A stretch of 64,000 nucleotides of DNA from Eledone cirrhosa (taxonomy: Eukaryota), in the NCBI GenBank assembly GCA_964016885.1, contig OZ024758.1, forward strand, positions 2,108,001-2,172,000, in the 5' to 3' direction. The position numbers and the translations under genes are program-made. Below the pieces are notes generated by a model, which saw nothing but the letters and a program-made list of their open reading frames with translations, was not told where the DNA came from and did no database searches. Numbering within the stretch: the first letter of the stretch is position 1; each line of letters opens with the position of its first letter. Below are positions 12,828-26,400 of this stretch, piece after piece.

Positions 12828-15120
12828 ATTAGAAAATGAACAACACAATATATAGCTACTCCATTACCAAATGTTTCAGGACCCTAGACAGTATTAACAT
12901 ACGCCTAGTTCGCTCATCAGAGAGGTTATGAATATATGAAATATAGATATATGGGAAACATATATGTGTGTGTGTGTGTGTGCATATATGTATATATATA
13001 TTTAAGGAGAACCTATACGCGCACAGACACATACACACACACATATATATATATGGATTAGTTATATTTTGTGTTGTTCACTTGCTAATTCAATAGCTCT
13101 TTTCTATACATAGAGCACTCTTTTTTTCTTCGGAATTACCTAGCACACACACACATGTGTGTGTATATATATATGAGAGAGAAAGAGAAAACGAGCGAAG
13201 TATTGCTTGTGGTCAACGAAAGAATTATTTCAACACATGCCAAGCAATGCTATTTCCTATAAACATTATCTTCCTAATTAGTTTAGCATCATTTTTCTAT
13301 AATTTATTTATAGTAATAATAAAACAACGAATGTTGCATCGTTAGAATTGTTTTATTTTAATGTGGTGCCAACTCAATAGAGACAAACCCTCGTCTTTCG
13401 CAGAGTCAGCCAAAATACCTCCCCCGACACATGTCTAAAACATCTGGTGCTTTCTAAGCAGTAAATTGATCTTATAAATTTTGCTGACGTCTTGCTTCTT
13501 CTTGCTGCTTTTATACTTACTAATTATAAAGTTATTCTTATTCTTTTATTATTATTTTTAATTAACTGAAATCCCGTCTCCAATAGAATGTAATTAATAA
13601 TTTTTTGTTATAATGAGTTGTTTTTAACCAAGTACCAAAATATGTATTTCCCTAAACAAACGTTTGTGCTTTATATCTTTTATACATGGTGGTGGCTAAA
13701 CTAATCTTTAGTTGTGTGTGGACGTTTGCACGTTTATAAATACATCTTTTAGTTTAAACAAATATACTTAAAAGTAATAACTAATAGTTATTTCTTACAT
13801 AGGCATACATTTAGTCAGAATTTCCTTTTGGGGGGGAATGTGAGCTGTATATTGGACTTAGTTCATCGACCCCGATAATAGTTTCTGATTTAGGCACAAA
13901 TCAACACCAGCGTGTTACTGGTACTTTAGTTTATCGACCAAGTAAGGATGAAAGGCAAAGCTAACGTCGGCAGCATTTGAAAGCAGAACGCAAAGGGCTT
14001 TAAACCCCATTAAAATAAACGCAACGTGGGGGTCGCTCGACCTGCAAGAAATAGCAGCCATTTTCATTCTACATCTTTAAAAACCCGACACATTAGATAA
14101 TCTAGATACACTGTGCCTGAAAAAAATACAGACTTGATGTTCAAAACTGTAAAACCTTTCATAACAGTTTTATCCAATCTCGGACTAAACAATAACAAAC
14201 AATATATACAAGTTTAATTATGTCTACATAAGTCGGTACACACACAAAGAGCCCGATTTAAAGGGGGGGGGGGCAATTGCCCCGGGCTCCCTGCAGTCAG
14301 GGGCCCCATCAGCAATAGCCGTAGTAATTTATTTGTGCCCTCAACTGGGCCTTTTAGTTTTAGGATGGTTAGAATTTTTGAATTTAATACCTTTATGTAT
14401 AACTTTTCAATTCCAATTACTTGCACCAAGCTAACTTATATGTAAAATTGGGGAAGTTTGCTGTGCATTCTATTTTTTTTGTGTGTGTGTATGAGCTCCC
14501 TCGCCCCTTTCCCCTCAAAAAAACTTGAAGTGCCCCAGCCCTCCAGGTCTAAATCTAATCCTGCACACACATCGTTATCATTTAACATCCGCTTTCCCTG
14601 CTAGCAAAGGTCGAGTGTGTGTTTTATAGTGACACCAGCACTCGGGAGGTTGTCATATTTTACCACAACCGAAGTGTCGTCTCAACCAATTGATTTGTAA
14701 GTTTTCTACGGCTGACTGCCCTTCTTATTACATACAAACACGTAAAACAATAAAGACAACCGTGAAAGGTAAACAAAACGTTACACATACAAAACTGAAC
14801 TGTTTGTCAAAGAATGACAGTTTTCGTAGTCTAACTAAATGGTTTTCAGCCTTTTCATAACTAAGAAGCTTATTTATTTAAAGGATTTTTTTTTCTACGG
14901 ATCCATTACCCACAGGCGTTCCTATCGTGACCCTCTCGTTTTTTTTCTTATCTGCTGTGAATCCATGACCAATATTATCTTGTGTGTTCTTTTCTATGAC
15001 TACAGACCAGGGTTTCCCAAACTTTTTCAAACGCGGAACCCTTTTTTGTTCAGATTCTAACAGAAACGTCCAGTCCGCTCATCAGATGAAATATTTGTTA
15101 TGGATATAAGATTTGAAATT

Positions 15121-15159
<39 letters not shown>

Positions 15160-15396
15160 AGAGAGAGAGAGAGAGAGAGAGAGAGTGAGTGAAGTAGAAC
15201 AGTGGAAGGTAATATCCGTAGTGGTAGAGCACTCAGTCCATGGGACGAGTTAGGTAGAAGTGGTAACACAACAGTTAGTTCACCATACCGAGAACAATTG
15301 TTTCACCTTAGCGAAAACCAACCAAACAGTGAGTGTGTCCTGTTATTATTTCTGGCAATATTACAATATGACCCTCTCCAAATATAAATATATGTA

Positions 15397-15441
<45 letters not shown>

Positions 15442-18400
15442 GATAATTTATTGAGTAGGTTGTCATTTTAACAGACACTTCAATTGTACATGACAACTGT
15501 GTTAAATTATTAGGTACCATGTAGCTCAGAGTCAACAATATCTAGTTTATTCTCTTAAACAAACACTGCCTGTCAGAAAATCAATGAAAATATTGGTTAA
15601 TATTGTATAAATATGTTAGTGTCGAGAAGTGTTGGCTTGGTGTTTTCTTTGAGATAATGTCTTTTCATTTATACCAGAAATGGGTCATTCTTCTACTGTA
15701 GTTTCACAAGTATGAAGCCCTGCTGACAGGTAGTAAGATGCTGTGTCACATGTAGGACAAATCTGGTTGTCGGGTGTCAGCTGAGTCCATCGTGAGGATT
15801 AATCCACTGCCTTCATTTAATGCTGAAGGAGAGGCAGTTTTCCTCTGTCTGGTGGCTATGGCGAAAGAAGTGATATGATTAAAGACATAGGCAGTGACTT
15901 TCATTAGAAATATGGTAATGAAAGGGTTAATGACATAGTGTCTTTCATTAGAAATATGGTAATGAAAGGGTTAATGACATAGGCAGTGACTTTCATTAAA
16001 AATATGGTAATGAAAGGGTTAATGACATAGGCAGTATCTTTCATTAGAAATATGGTAATGAAAGGGTTAATGACATAGGCAGTGTCTTTCATTAGAAATA
16101 TGGTAATGAAAGGGTTAATGACATAGACAATGACTTTCATTAGAAATATGATAATGAAAGGGTTAAAGACAGTGTCTTTCATTAGAAATATGGTAATGAA
16201 AGGTTAATGACATAGGTAGTGTCTTTCATTAGAAATATGGCAATGAAAAGTTAATCATGGTAAGATGTGTGATATGAGAGAAATATAGCTGACCAGTAGA
16301 TAATGGTTTCTAATTTAGACACAAGGCCAACAATTTAAGGGGAAGGGGAAGTGGATTACATTGACTCCAGTATATGACTGGTACTTTGTTTTATCAATCC
16401 CAGTCAAAGCTTACCTCAGTGGGATTTGAACTCAGAATATAAAGATATAAAGAGTCATAACTAGATAGTGCAAAACATTTTGTCTGAGACTAACAATTCT
16501 GCCTGTCCACCGCCCTCCTCAGGCAGGTAGATAATACTTGAAATGTTTATACCTAGCCAGGGTGAGGTCATTGCTGATCAATAGACAAGTTTAAACAGGT
16601 AAGAAATTACTAAAAGTCACAGCTATTAGTAACTATCCCTATTGATCGTGGAACCGAATAGAGAAAGGATTTCTAACAGGATTTCTTCTTCAGCTAAGTG
16701 TTTTATCAAGGTGAATATGTTTGATATATATTATGTATTAATTACGGTCTGAGTTCAAATCCCGCCGAGGTTTACTTTGTCTTTCATCCTTACGGGGTCG
16801 ATAAAATAAAGTACCAGTCATGCACTGGGTAATTGCTGGCCTTGTACCTAAAGTAGAAACAATTATGTATTAATTATATATATAGTGTGTTGATTATATA
16901 TATTAATTATATATATATATATATACAGTGTGTATTTATTATATATATATATATACATTATCTATTAATTAAATATATGCCTATTATTATCTATTAATTA
17001 AATATATACATATATTGTGTATTAATTATATATATATGTATATATATTATTTTTTTGTTTTGCAAGGTTTTTGATATGAAATCGTGTGTCAAAACAAATA
17101 TTGTTATACTTGGGGAGGGTCATATTGTTATAATATTGCCAAAAATAATAGTGTGTTCTGTTACTATTTCTGGCAATATTATAACAATATGACCCTCCCC
17201 AAGTATAACAATATATATATATATTGTGTATTATATATAAACATTATCTATTAATTATATATATATACTGTGTATTAATTATATATATATTGTGTATTAT
17301 ATATAAACATTATGTAATATATATATATACATTGTATATTATTTATATATACAGGGTGTCCCAAAAAATGTATACAGCATTCTAATAAATATTACCTATA
17401 CAGGTAATCAAAGTGTGTATGCATCTTTTTGGGACTTTCTGTATATATTGATAAAAACATAACATACTTGAGTGTAAAGTTATCACAAATCTAATGGTAA
17501 GATTTATTTTCCTATTTATACAGTATTAACTCTTGTATTACCATAATTTTCATGAAAGTCCAATAATTTGGAGAGATTTAGTTATAATAATTATAATAAT
17601 GAAATTATTGTGTACAGAGCTCAGGTGCACTACAACTAAATTTATCATTATTATGATTGCATTTGGAGTATAATTAAATATAAATTCTTACATTAAATTA
17701 TGATGGAAGATTTTTTTACATAAATATAAACACTTTAAAACAATTTTGTATTGTAGGACCAGGGTGAAGTTTAAGACGGTTTGGTATCAAAAGAGTTAAT
17801 TCTTAAAAGATGACTGGTCCTACCTAAAGGCCCAATATTTTTGTGTAGTGGTAGTACTAGTGCCACAAAGAAACACACTTTGTACACCCTGTAAGGTGGT
17901 TGGTGCTAGGAAGGGCTATAGAAACCATGCCAAATATGGAATGTATGAGCAAGACCTGGTCTATAGGTCTATAGCCTCATAATATGAAAACCTGTCTAAC
18001 CCATGCGAGCATATAAAGCAAACATTAAAACATTGATAATAATGATGATGATGATGACAAATTTCAACCACCAGTATATTGTAACTACGCTAGTATGCCA
18101 TGCTACAAATATCTTGCAGTGTCCTAGATTTAGAAAGCCCTTGTTAAATCCTTTCATTGACAGTGTGTTTGTTTTAACAACAGACTTTTTGTCTTCCATT
18201 CACTCCTTCTCACACCTCCAGATTTTTCTCTACAGAATTGATTTTCTTTTCAAGCCCAGACAAGATCTTTTGTGTTTCTTGATTGCTGTGTTGCAATATT
18301 TCCTTGTTTGCCACGTAGTTGGTAGCTGCTACTCTCAGTGTTTTATTTTAACTATTACAGCCCACACTGTAAAGTGGTCATGTAGATGTCACGACTAAAA

Positions 18401-21400
18401 GCACCTAATATTCTCTGTAAAGTGGTCATGTAGGTGTCGCAACTAAAAGCACCCTGTACTCACTGTAAAGTGGTCATGTAGGTGTCACAACTAAAAACAC
18501 CCAGCCCACGCTGTAAAGTGGTCATGTAGGTGTCACGACTAAACGCACCTAATATTCTCTGTAAAGTGGTCATGTAGGTGTCACAACTAAAAACACCCAG
18601 CCCACACTGTAAAGTGGTCATGTAAGTGTCACGACTAAAAGCACCCTGTACTCACTGTAAAGTGGTCATGTAGGTGTCATGACTAAAAGCACCCTGTACT
18701 CACTGTAAAGTGGTCATGTAGGTGTCACAACAAAAAGCACCTATACATATATATATATAACATACATACACACATAGCTACATAGAAAAGTAACATATAC
18801 ATTTTTAAATGATCAGTTTTGTATCATAAATCCATGGCAGTTTGGTATTAAAAGAGTTAAACCTACTACCGTAGAACATCAGAACACCAAGAACTAGAAC
18901 AAACATTGCAGTAGGTATTCTAATAATTCTGTCTACTTGGAACTGATGTCTCTGGAAAAAGTGTTTGTATGAACATTTATTTCATTGAATTGTTTTGGCT
19001 TGAAATGTATGAGTACATCATCATCATCATCATCGTTTAATGTCTATCTTCCACGCTAGCTTGGGTTAGACAGGCTTGTCCCATTTAGAGGCAAGTTGGG
19101 TTGGGTGCCCGTGTCTCACTCATATACGACTGTTCTTCGCTGGTTTTCTACAACTGGATATCCTTCCCAATGCCAAGTATATATATATATTTATATGGTT
19201 AACTGTGTTATATACTGTTATATTTGGGGAGGGTCATGTTGTTATAATATTGCCAGAAAAATATAGTAAAAAATACTCAGTTTGGTTTTCGCTTCAGTAT
19301 ATCTTTATATTTCTACCTGTCTACCTTAAACTGATGACATTTTATTGACACTAGAAAGGTGAAAGGAAATGTTCACCTCAACATTATGTCATCTCAGACG
19401 ACAGCATGACTGCCAATTTGTCACTGAATGAATTAAATCCTATATATTTGATTAATGATGGTTTTCTTCCAGTAACGAGAGAATTTGATATTTTAAGCAT
19501 TGTAGCCATTTGATCCTGCCAATTGTTTAGACATTTGCAGAGAAATAAGACATTATTATATAATTATATAATTAGAAATCTTAATTTCCTAATCTTTGAT
19601 TTAGATATTCCATTTTAAGTTGTTTGACTACTTCCATCTCATGAATCCTATAAGGATCTCTACTATAGGCACAAGGCCAACAATTTTTGGGGGAGGGAAA
19701 AGCTGATTAAATCGACCCCAGTGCATTACTGGTACTTTATTTTATCGACCCCTTAAGGATGAAAGGCAAAGCTAACCTCGGCAGGATTTGAATACAGAAC
19801 GTAAAGTTGAGACCTATAATAGCCATTCTACTATATTGTATGAGCTCTGTCTCTTCATTCCAAGGTTTTCTTATCCCATTTTTGTCCTATGTACTCTACA
19901 CTAGCATCTCAAATGTTTGCTAGACTCACAGCTATACAAGTCTAAATCAAGCTATTTATATTTTTATATCTAAAGTAGGTATAATATTTGTTTCAGTAAT
20001 TTGTCTTGTTTGAGAACCAGTACATTTAGACCAGATCCTTGTGTGCTTTTAGCAGAGTCCCCTCTATTGCAAACATTTAGACCAGATCCTTGTGTGCTTT
20101 TAGCAGAGTCCCTTCTATTGCAAACATTTAGACCAGATCCTTATGTGCTTTTAGCAGAGTCCCCTCTATTGCAAACATTTAGACCAGATCCTTGTGTGCT
20201 TTTAGCAGAGTCCCCTCTATTGCAAACATTTGGACCAGATCCTTGTGTGCTTTTAGCAGAGTCCCCTCTATTGCAAACATTTAGACCAGATCCTTGTGTG
20301 CTTTTAGCAGAGTCCCCTCTATTGCAAACATTTGGACCAGATCCTTAAATAAGGACAACTATAAACAAAACAATAAAACCATGTATTAATGCAGGAATTC
20401 AAATAATGCTGGCTATTTATGTTATTAGGGCAGTTTATTACGTACTCCCTAACTTTGTTGATAGCATACAAACTGGTTTTATGGCTTAACACTTAACGTC
20501 CTGTACCACATGAAACCGCATTAGCAAGATATTCTTCAAAAATACAAGACAGCCTGTGTCACATGAAAAATTAGTCTTTACTTCAGTTTACTGCAAACTT
20601 TCACACTAATCTGTTTACTAATCACAAGATGTTACAAATAGAATACTTCTGTAACAGGTGTCTGCATGTAAAAGTAGTGTAAATATATTTCTTAAATAAT
20701 ATTGTTTATTGATTTCAGGAGGAGAAAGGCTGGCTAGCTGATGAATATGAAGTGAAACATACACTTCTGCGTCAACCTTTCCAATGGCAGCCAAACATCG
20801 GTGATGACGAAAATGGAACTAAAGTGTTGAAATGTCGGAATTCCATTCAAGGAATACAGATAATAGCTGATGACAGAGGTAGGTGGTGTTGACTGTCATA
20901 ATTAATGTGGACAGTGTCAATAACAATGACAAGTGGGGGTGACAGTGTCAATAACTGATGACAGGTGTTGTTGACAGTGTCAATAGCTGATGATAGAGGC
21001 AGGTGGTGTTGACAGTGTCAATAGCTGAGGTAGGTGGCGTTGACAGCGTTACATGAGTTATCTAGTTACCTCCCCTGTTAACCTCTCTCTCATCTATTTC
21101 TCAGGTTATGTATGTGAGCGGCCAGCAATCTTGATTGGTGGTTGTTGTGACTCCTCCCAGTCACAAACCAGTCGCTATAATTGTAACAGTTGTCAAGAGA
21201 ACCACTGTTGTGTCATCTATGAGTACTGTGTTTCCTGCTGTTTACATCCTGACAAGGTAAATACATAACTCTCTCTCTCTCACCCTCTCTTTCACACCCA
21301 CTCTCTCTCTCTCAGCCCCTCCTCTCTCTCACCCTCTCTCTCTCTCAGCCCCCCTTCTCTCCCTCTCTGAAATATTCTCACTATTACATGCACTGTCTTT

Positions 21401-22272
21401 TTAACACTCACATTGTCATTCTTAGACACTCACACATACACCACATACTGTCACACTCACATACTCTCTCATTCTTATACACACACACACTCACATACTC
21501 ACATACATTCTCACACTCACTCAGTCTCACTTACACACACACACACACTCACCCTCACACCTTCTCAATCTTTAATACACACTTACATACTCTTTCCATC
21601 TTACACATAACTACGAGGTCATATATCTTAACTACAGGGTCACACACCTTAACTACGAGGTCACACACCTTAACTACGAGGTCACACACCTTAACTACGA
21701 GGTCACACACCTTAACTACGAGGTCACACACCTTAACTACGGGGTCATATATTTTATCTGTTGGTTTTATGTTAATTCTATCATTTACACCTGGTTGCAA
21801 TTTGTTTCCTTGTTTCAGCAACAAATCCTGAAAAAGATCCTTAAACAGCCCTCCAACACTTACCGTCAGTTGTTCTCATCTCTGAAGGACCATTATGAAT
21901 TATGTCTCATGAAATGTCGTACCTCCTCACAGGTATATGTCTTCTATTTTAGTGACAGACTACAGGTGGCGAATTGGCAGAGTCATTAGAATGTCGGATA
22001 GAATACTTTATGGAATTCATGCTGACTCTCTGCCAATTCGTCGCTTTTTTCTCTAAAAACATATTTTCCAATTCCGCCCCACCCGTCCCTTCAATCTTTC
22101 TAATTTCACATTCTTTCTTCTGATGAAGGACTAGCATCCGAAACGTTAAGACCCCCTTCCTGGTATTCCATATACTGTACCGATTGTGTTGTTATTTCTG
22201 TTTACCTTTTACATATATATATCATCATCATCATCATTTTACGTCCGCTCTTCCCTGCTTGCAAGGGTGGGA

Positions 22273-22327
<55 letters not shown>

Positions 22328-22332
22328 ATGCA

Positions 22333-22370
<38 letters not shown>

Positions 22371-22851
22371 GATAGATCGACTTTCGTCGAATCGGACCGA
22401 GGAAACAATGTTTCCGTTGGTCTTTCCAATTGCTAATACTATTTATTGGTCGCAACTCCAGGTAGAAGGAGCAACGTGAAATAAAGTGTCTTGCCCAAGG
22501 ACATAACGCATTGCCTGGTCCAGGAGTTGAACTCACAACCTCACGATTGTGAATCCAATTCTCTAACCACTCAGAGTTGTTAGAACGTCTGATAGAATCT
22601 TCTAGATTTAATGTTATGTGAGGTAAAGTGTTTACCATGAAAATACAATAGTATATATAGAGTAATGTAAACGGTTAAAACTGATATTTTTTTCAAACCG
22701 CTTAATTTTGATATATTGTCAACATATATTTGTTTCTTTATGTTTTCTTTCTGTTTTTCAGAGTGTCCAACATGAAAATTCCTATCGCAATCCTCAAGCT
22801 AAACACTGCTATGGAGAGAACCCACCAGATATACAACCACTTATTCCCTAG
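12370..22851 (+). CDS. SPRING1: SREBP regulating gene protein (SPRING1 / C12orf49 / UPF0454), 5 coding exons, 202 aa
   Basis: Exons 12370-12462, 20719-20878, 21105-21256, 21819-21932, 22762-22851; all introns GT-AG, phases consistent, 609 nt. Translation [25 protein letters not shown]...CRNSIQG...GYVCER...GCC...[13 protein letters not shown]...[36 protein letters not shown] matches recalled human C12orf49 motifs ([39 protein letters not shown]). Confidence 0.96.
12827..13130 (-). mobile_element. Non-autonomous Penelope-like element with degenerate hammerhead motif (12862-12930) and partial inverted arms
   Basis: Reverse strand CTGATGA...CTAGGCGTAT/ATACTGTCTAG stem...GAAACATT; AATTAGAAAATGAACAACACAATATA at 12827 is inverted at ~13063-13090; embedded in (TA)n; homologues at 51265-51405, 30185-30300 and 15055-15110. 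Confidence 0.55.
15884..16256. repeat. 48-bp tandem repeat, about 8 copies, each with an internal hairpin
   Basis: Unit GACATAGGCAGTGTCTTTCATTAGAAATATGGTAATGAAAGGGTTAAT; CTTTCATTA/TAATGAAAG inverted pair. Confidence 0.95.
17099..17214. repeat. Hairpin with perfect ~43-bp arms in TA-rich tract
   Basis: TATTGTTATACTTGGGGAGGGTCATATTGTTATAATATTGCCA and its reverse complement TGGCAATATTATAACAATATGACCCTCCCCAAGTATAACAATA; single-arm relatives at ~15330-15390, 19200-19300, 47520-47620. Confidence 0.85.
17350..17444. mobile_element. Very short Tc1/mariner-type MITE
   Basis: TA-CAGGGTGTCCCAAAAAATG ... CATCTTTTTGGGACTTTCTG-TA. Confidence 0.7.
18361..18742. repeat. ~48-bp tandem repeat derived from the family C element
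   Basis: CTGTAAAGTGGTCATGTAGGTGTCAC.ACTAAAA repeated about 8 times; motif shared with 2895-2995. Confidence 0.9.
20022..20346. repeat. 51-bp tandem repeat, about 6.4 copies
   Basis: ACATTTAGACCAGATCCTTGTGTGCTTTTAGCAGAGTCCCCTCTATTGCAA. Confidence 0.95.
21608..21750. repeat. 21-bp tandem repeat
   Basis: TAACTACGAGGTCACACACCT, about 7 copies. Confidence 0.9.
22116..22151 (+). ncRNA. Minimal type I hammerhead ribozyme motif (SPRING1 intron 4, sense)
   Basis: TCTT-CTGATGA-A-GGA(CTAGCA)TCC-GAAA-CGTT-AAGA: intact core, 3-bp stem II, palindromic AACGTT stem III, stem I TCTT/AAGA, predicted GUU cleavage triplet. Confidence 0.75.
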
Positions 22852-23103
22852 CATTAACTACCCCTCAGCTTCTGGCTGAAATTCTCATCATTTTGATCAT
22901 CCATCTCCATCTCAGGGTCAGCATTATTGTAAATACTTCACTACGACACTCCATCAATGACCACCACCATATATCCACTATCACTCTCATGCTATTTAAT
23001 CACTTTATCACTGAACTGAATAACTTGTACATAGTTTCTTTCTTTTTGTCATTATCATTGGTTTTGTTTGTGTATGACAGGAACAGACAGTGAGATGTTT
23101 ACA

Positions 23104-23216
23104 TTAACATTTAGCATGCTGTGAGGGACACATGGCACCATATGAGTTATCTCCCCTTAGATACTGCACTGTCAAGGGAAACAACTCATAAACATTGTTA
23201 GCATGCTAAAGGTTAA
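23104..23216. mobile_element. Small TTAA-flanked MITE
   Basis: TTAACATTTAGCATGCT ... AGCATGCTAAAGGTTAA; relative at 54585-54700. Confidence 0.65.
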
Positions 23217-23499
23217 AAGAACATTTCGAGAATATGGAATGAATGTTTCTTCTCGTCTCTCTTGATTACCACGTTCTTTTGAAATAATATCTTTCTTATT
23301 GCTGGAACAATCTCAGTGGTGATTTCACTCTTAACTGGTTACATTAATCAACATAAAACAGAACCAATAACTGACCCAGACATTTTATTTAAAGCTAAAA
23401 ACATTACAAAACCAATACTAAAACAATAACAACTACAACAATAACTAAAGAGAAAATAACAACAAACTGAAGCTGTCCTTAACAACAGCAGCAGAAGCA

Positions 23500-26400
23500 A
23501 TGGCAGCAGGCAAAGAAAAAAATATAGATTTGCATGAATCTCTGTTTGGTGTGGATGCATGGCTCTCTACCTCTGACCAATACACTGTCTACCCTGGAGC
23601 TCCCTGGTTACAGGTGAGCTCATATTTGTCTCCCTTGAATATATCTTTTCATTTGAAATCACTTTATATTTTCTCTTTTTCCTTCATATATTATCTTCTG
23701 CTTTACACAAACTCTGCCACTCTGTTGACTCCATCACTCTAGAAGTAACCTGTTGTGGTTTGGCAGTATCGGTAGAGGGTCGGACGCCATGCTTTGCAGC
23801 ATAGAGTTACGGCCCTTTATGATCTGAGTTCAATTCCCGCCGAGGTTAACTTTGCCTTTCATCCTTACGGGGTCGATAAAATAAAGTACCAGTCATACAC
23901 TGGGGTCGATTTAATCGACTTTCCCCTCCCTCAAAATTGCTGGCCTTGTGCCTATATAAGAAACCATTATTATTATTATTATTACTTAAAGTAAGGGTAG
24001 TGAATTGGTAGGGCATTGGGCAAAATACTGCTGTGGTCAACTTTATCTTTCATCCTGCCAGGGTCAATAAAATATAGTACCAGTCATGTACTGGGATTGA
24101 TTTAATCAACTTTCCCTTCCGCACAAACTGTTAACCTTGTGCCAATAGTAGAAATCACGGGGTCGATAAAATAAAGTACCAGTAATACACTGTATAATTG
24201 CTGGCCTTGTGCCAATAGTAGAAATAATTATTATTACATATAACAGATGGCTTGGATTTGGATAAGTTAGTTCAGGTGGGATGTAATGAATCCTATAAGT
24301 TAGTTCAGGTGGGATGTAATGAATCCTATAAGTTAGTTAAGGTGGGATGTAATGAATCCTATAAGTTAGTTAAGGTGGGATGTAATGAATCCTATAAGTT
24401 AGTTAAGGTGGGATGTAATGAATCCTATAAGTTAGTTAAGGTGGGATGTAATGAATCCTATAAGTTAGTTAAGGTGGGATGTAATGAATCCTATAAGTTA
24501 GTTAAGGTGGGATGTAATGAATCCTATAAGTTAGTTTAGGTGGGATGTAATGAATCCTATAAGCAGAATATTTTTACTTTATTGAAATCTTACTCTGAGT
24601 TTGAGAATCAATATAAAGTGACTCACTATCTGTAGCCTCTGATTCAAAGACATACTTTCTGTTCTTCTACCTTTGCTATAATGGTCTCTTTCTCACAGAT
24701 TGCTAGCTTTATGCCATTTTCACTTGTCTCTCTTGCTCCCATCACCCATTTTGTGTTCAACACTTTCCCTCCTGGCTATGCACTAACCACTACGCTTATA
24801 TCCTTCCTACCTAGAAAATTGGCTTTATGGAACTCCTTCCCTGCTCATCTTTCTAAAATTAGTGGACCAGCAACTAAGTCCTGTGAAAGCCATAAGCATT
24901 GCCTCTTCTTTCACAGCTACCAAATAGGAACAAAAATTATTAATGGCAAATGTTAGCGAAAATGGAGATAATTTCAAATTTCTAATTTAAAAAAAATTCA
25001 CCTCGCCATTTCATTGAGAGTTGCTAACAATTACTACATTATATATATTTTCCTGTCTCCTACTAAGAGGGAAATTTTTAATACGATTTTTTTTTTGCAT
25101 ACAAAATTCAATGCATCACTTCTTCATTTAACAATATATTGCATGGCGATGAAGAGTTATCGCCCTTACATACTTCTGCATTTCATGAACAATTAAAAAG
25201 AAAATAAAAAAAATATTTAGCAAGACCAACCGGCTGGAGACCCAAGGAGTAGACTCTGAGCAAGATGGTTGGATAACATCCATAAGCTTGGCTGGTCTCG
25301 GGTATCCAGCCGGATCAGTTGGAAACATTGCTTCTGTGCTTCTGACAGGACTCTCTGAAAGGAGTATTTGAGGACACTACTCCCCACGACCTTCTCAGAA
25401 ATAAGTGGGTGAAGAAGAAGAAGAAAACAGTTTTAATTAGTAACTAAATTTATGTGATTTTTGTTTCTTTGTTACCCCTACCATGATTCTCCATCCAACC
25501 ACAAAAAATTAGGTGCCACAGTCTGGTATTTCAGAAACTACAGATTCGAGGAAGTCCAAATGTTTATTGGGGGATTAGCAGTATCGGTAGAAGGTTGGAC
25601 GCCATGCTCTGCAGCATAGAGTTACGCCCCTTTACGGTCTGAGTTCAAATCCCGCCGAGGTTCACTTTGCCTTTCATCCTAAAGTACCAGTAATATACTG
25701 ATTTCATTGCTGGCCTTGTGCCAAAAGTAGAAACAATTATTATTATTATTATTATTATCAAGAATTTATTAGTAAATGGGAAAAAAAGAATTTGCAAAAA
25801 AAAAACTTTAAAACATTTAACCCTTTAGCATTTACAGGCTGTATCTGGCCAGAATTCTCTCACCTCTTTCTGTTCAACCGGTTGTAACCGGCTGCTCATA
25901 CTTATGTTAAGGTATTGTTCTCAAAATAAATAATATCAAAATCTCATAGATTCGATATTATGTGAGATAAAGTGTTTACCATGAAAATATAATTGTAAAT
26001 ATAGAGTAATGAAAATGCTGAAGGGTTAAGCGTTTTTTTCGGGGAGGTTTCATTGAAAACTTCAACTTTTGGTTGGCACTGAGGAATTCTTGAATTTCGT
26101 CTTGCATCATTTCTTTTGTATTTTGGTCTTCTTTTTGCTCCACACATTGTTTTTTTTTGTCTTCATTTTCTTTTCTCATAGAAAAGACATTGATCTACAA
26201 GAAAAGTGCCATAGGTGTAACTACAAAGGCCATAGGTTTTACTAGAAGAAAAGGGTCATCATTTTTATTACAAGAAAAGGGCCATAGGTTTCACTACAAG
26301 AAAAGGACCATAGGATTTACTAGAAGAAAAGGGTCATAGGTTTTACTACAAGAAAAGGGCCATAAGTTTTACTACAGGAAAAGGGCCATAGGTTTTACTA

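Noticed and set aside
20001-20348. 115-aa ORF with a 17-aa repeat inside SPRING1 intron 1
   Set aside because: Consequence of a stop-free 51-bp minisatellite; SPRING1 is complete without it.
23755-23850. tRNA-like A/B boxes in many places
   Set aside because: They are SINE heads continuing into core and tail sequences; no proper cloverleaf, so not called as tRNA genes.
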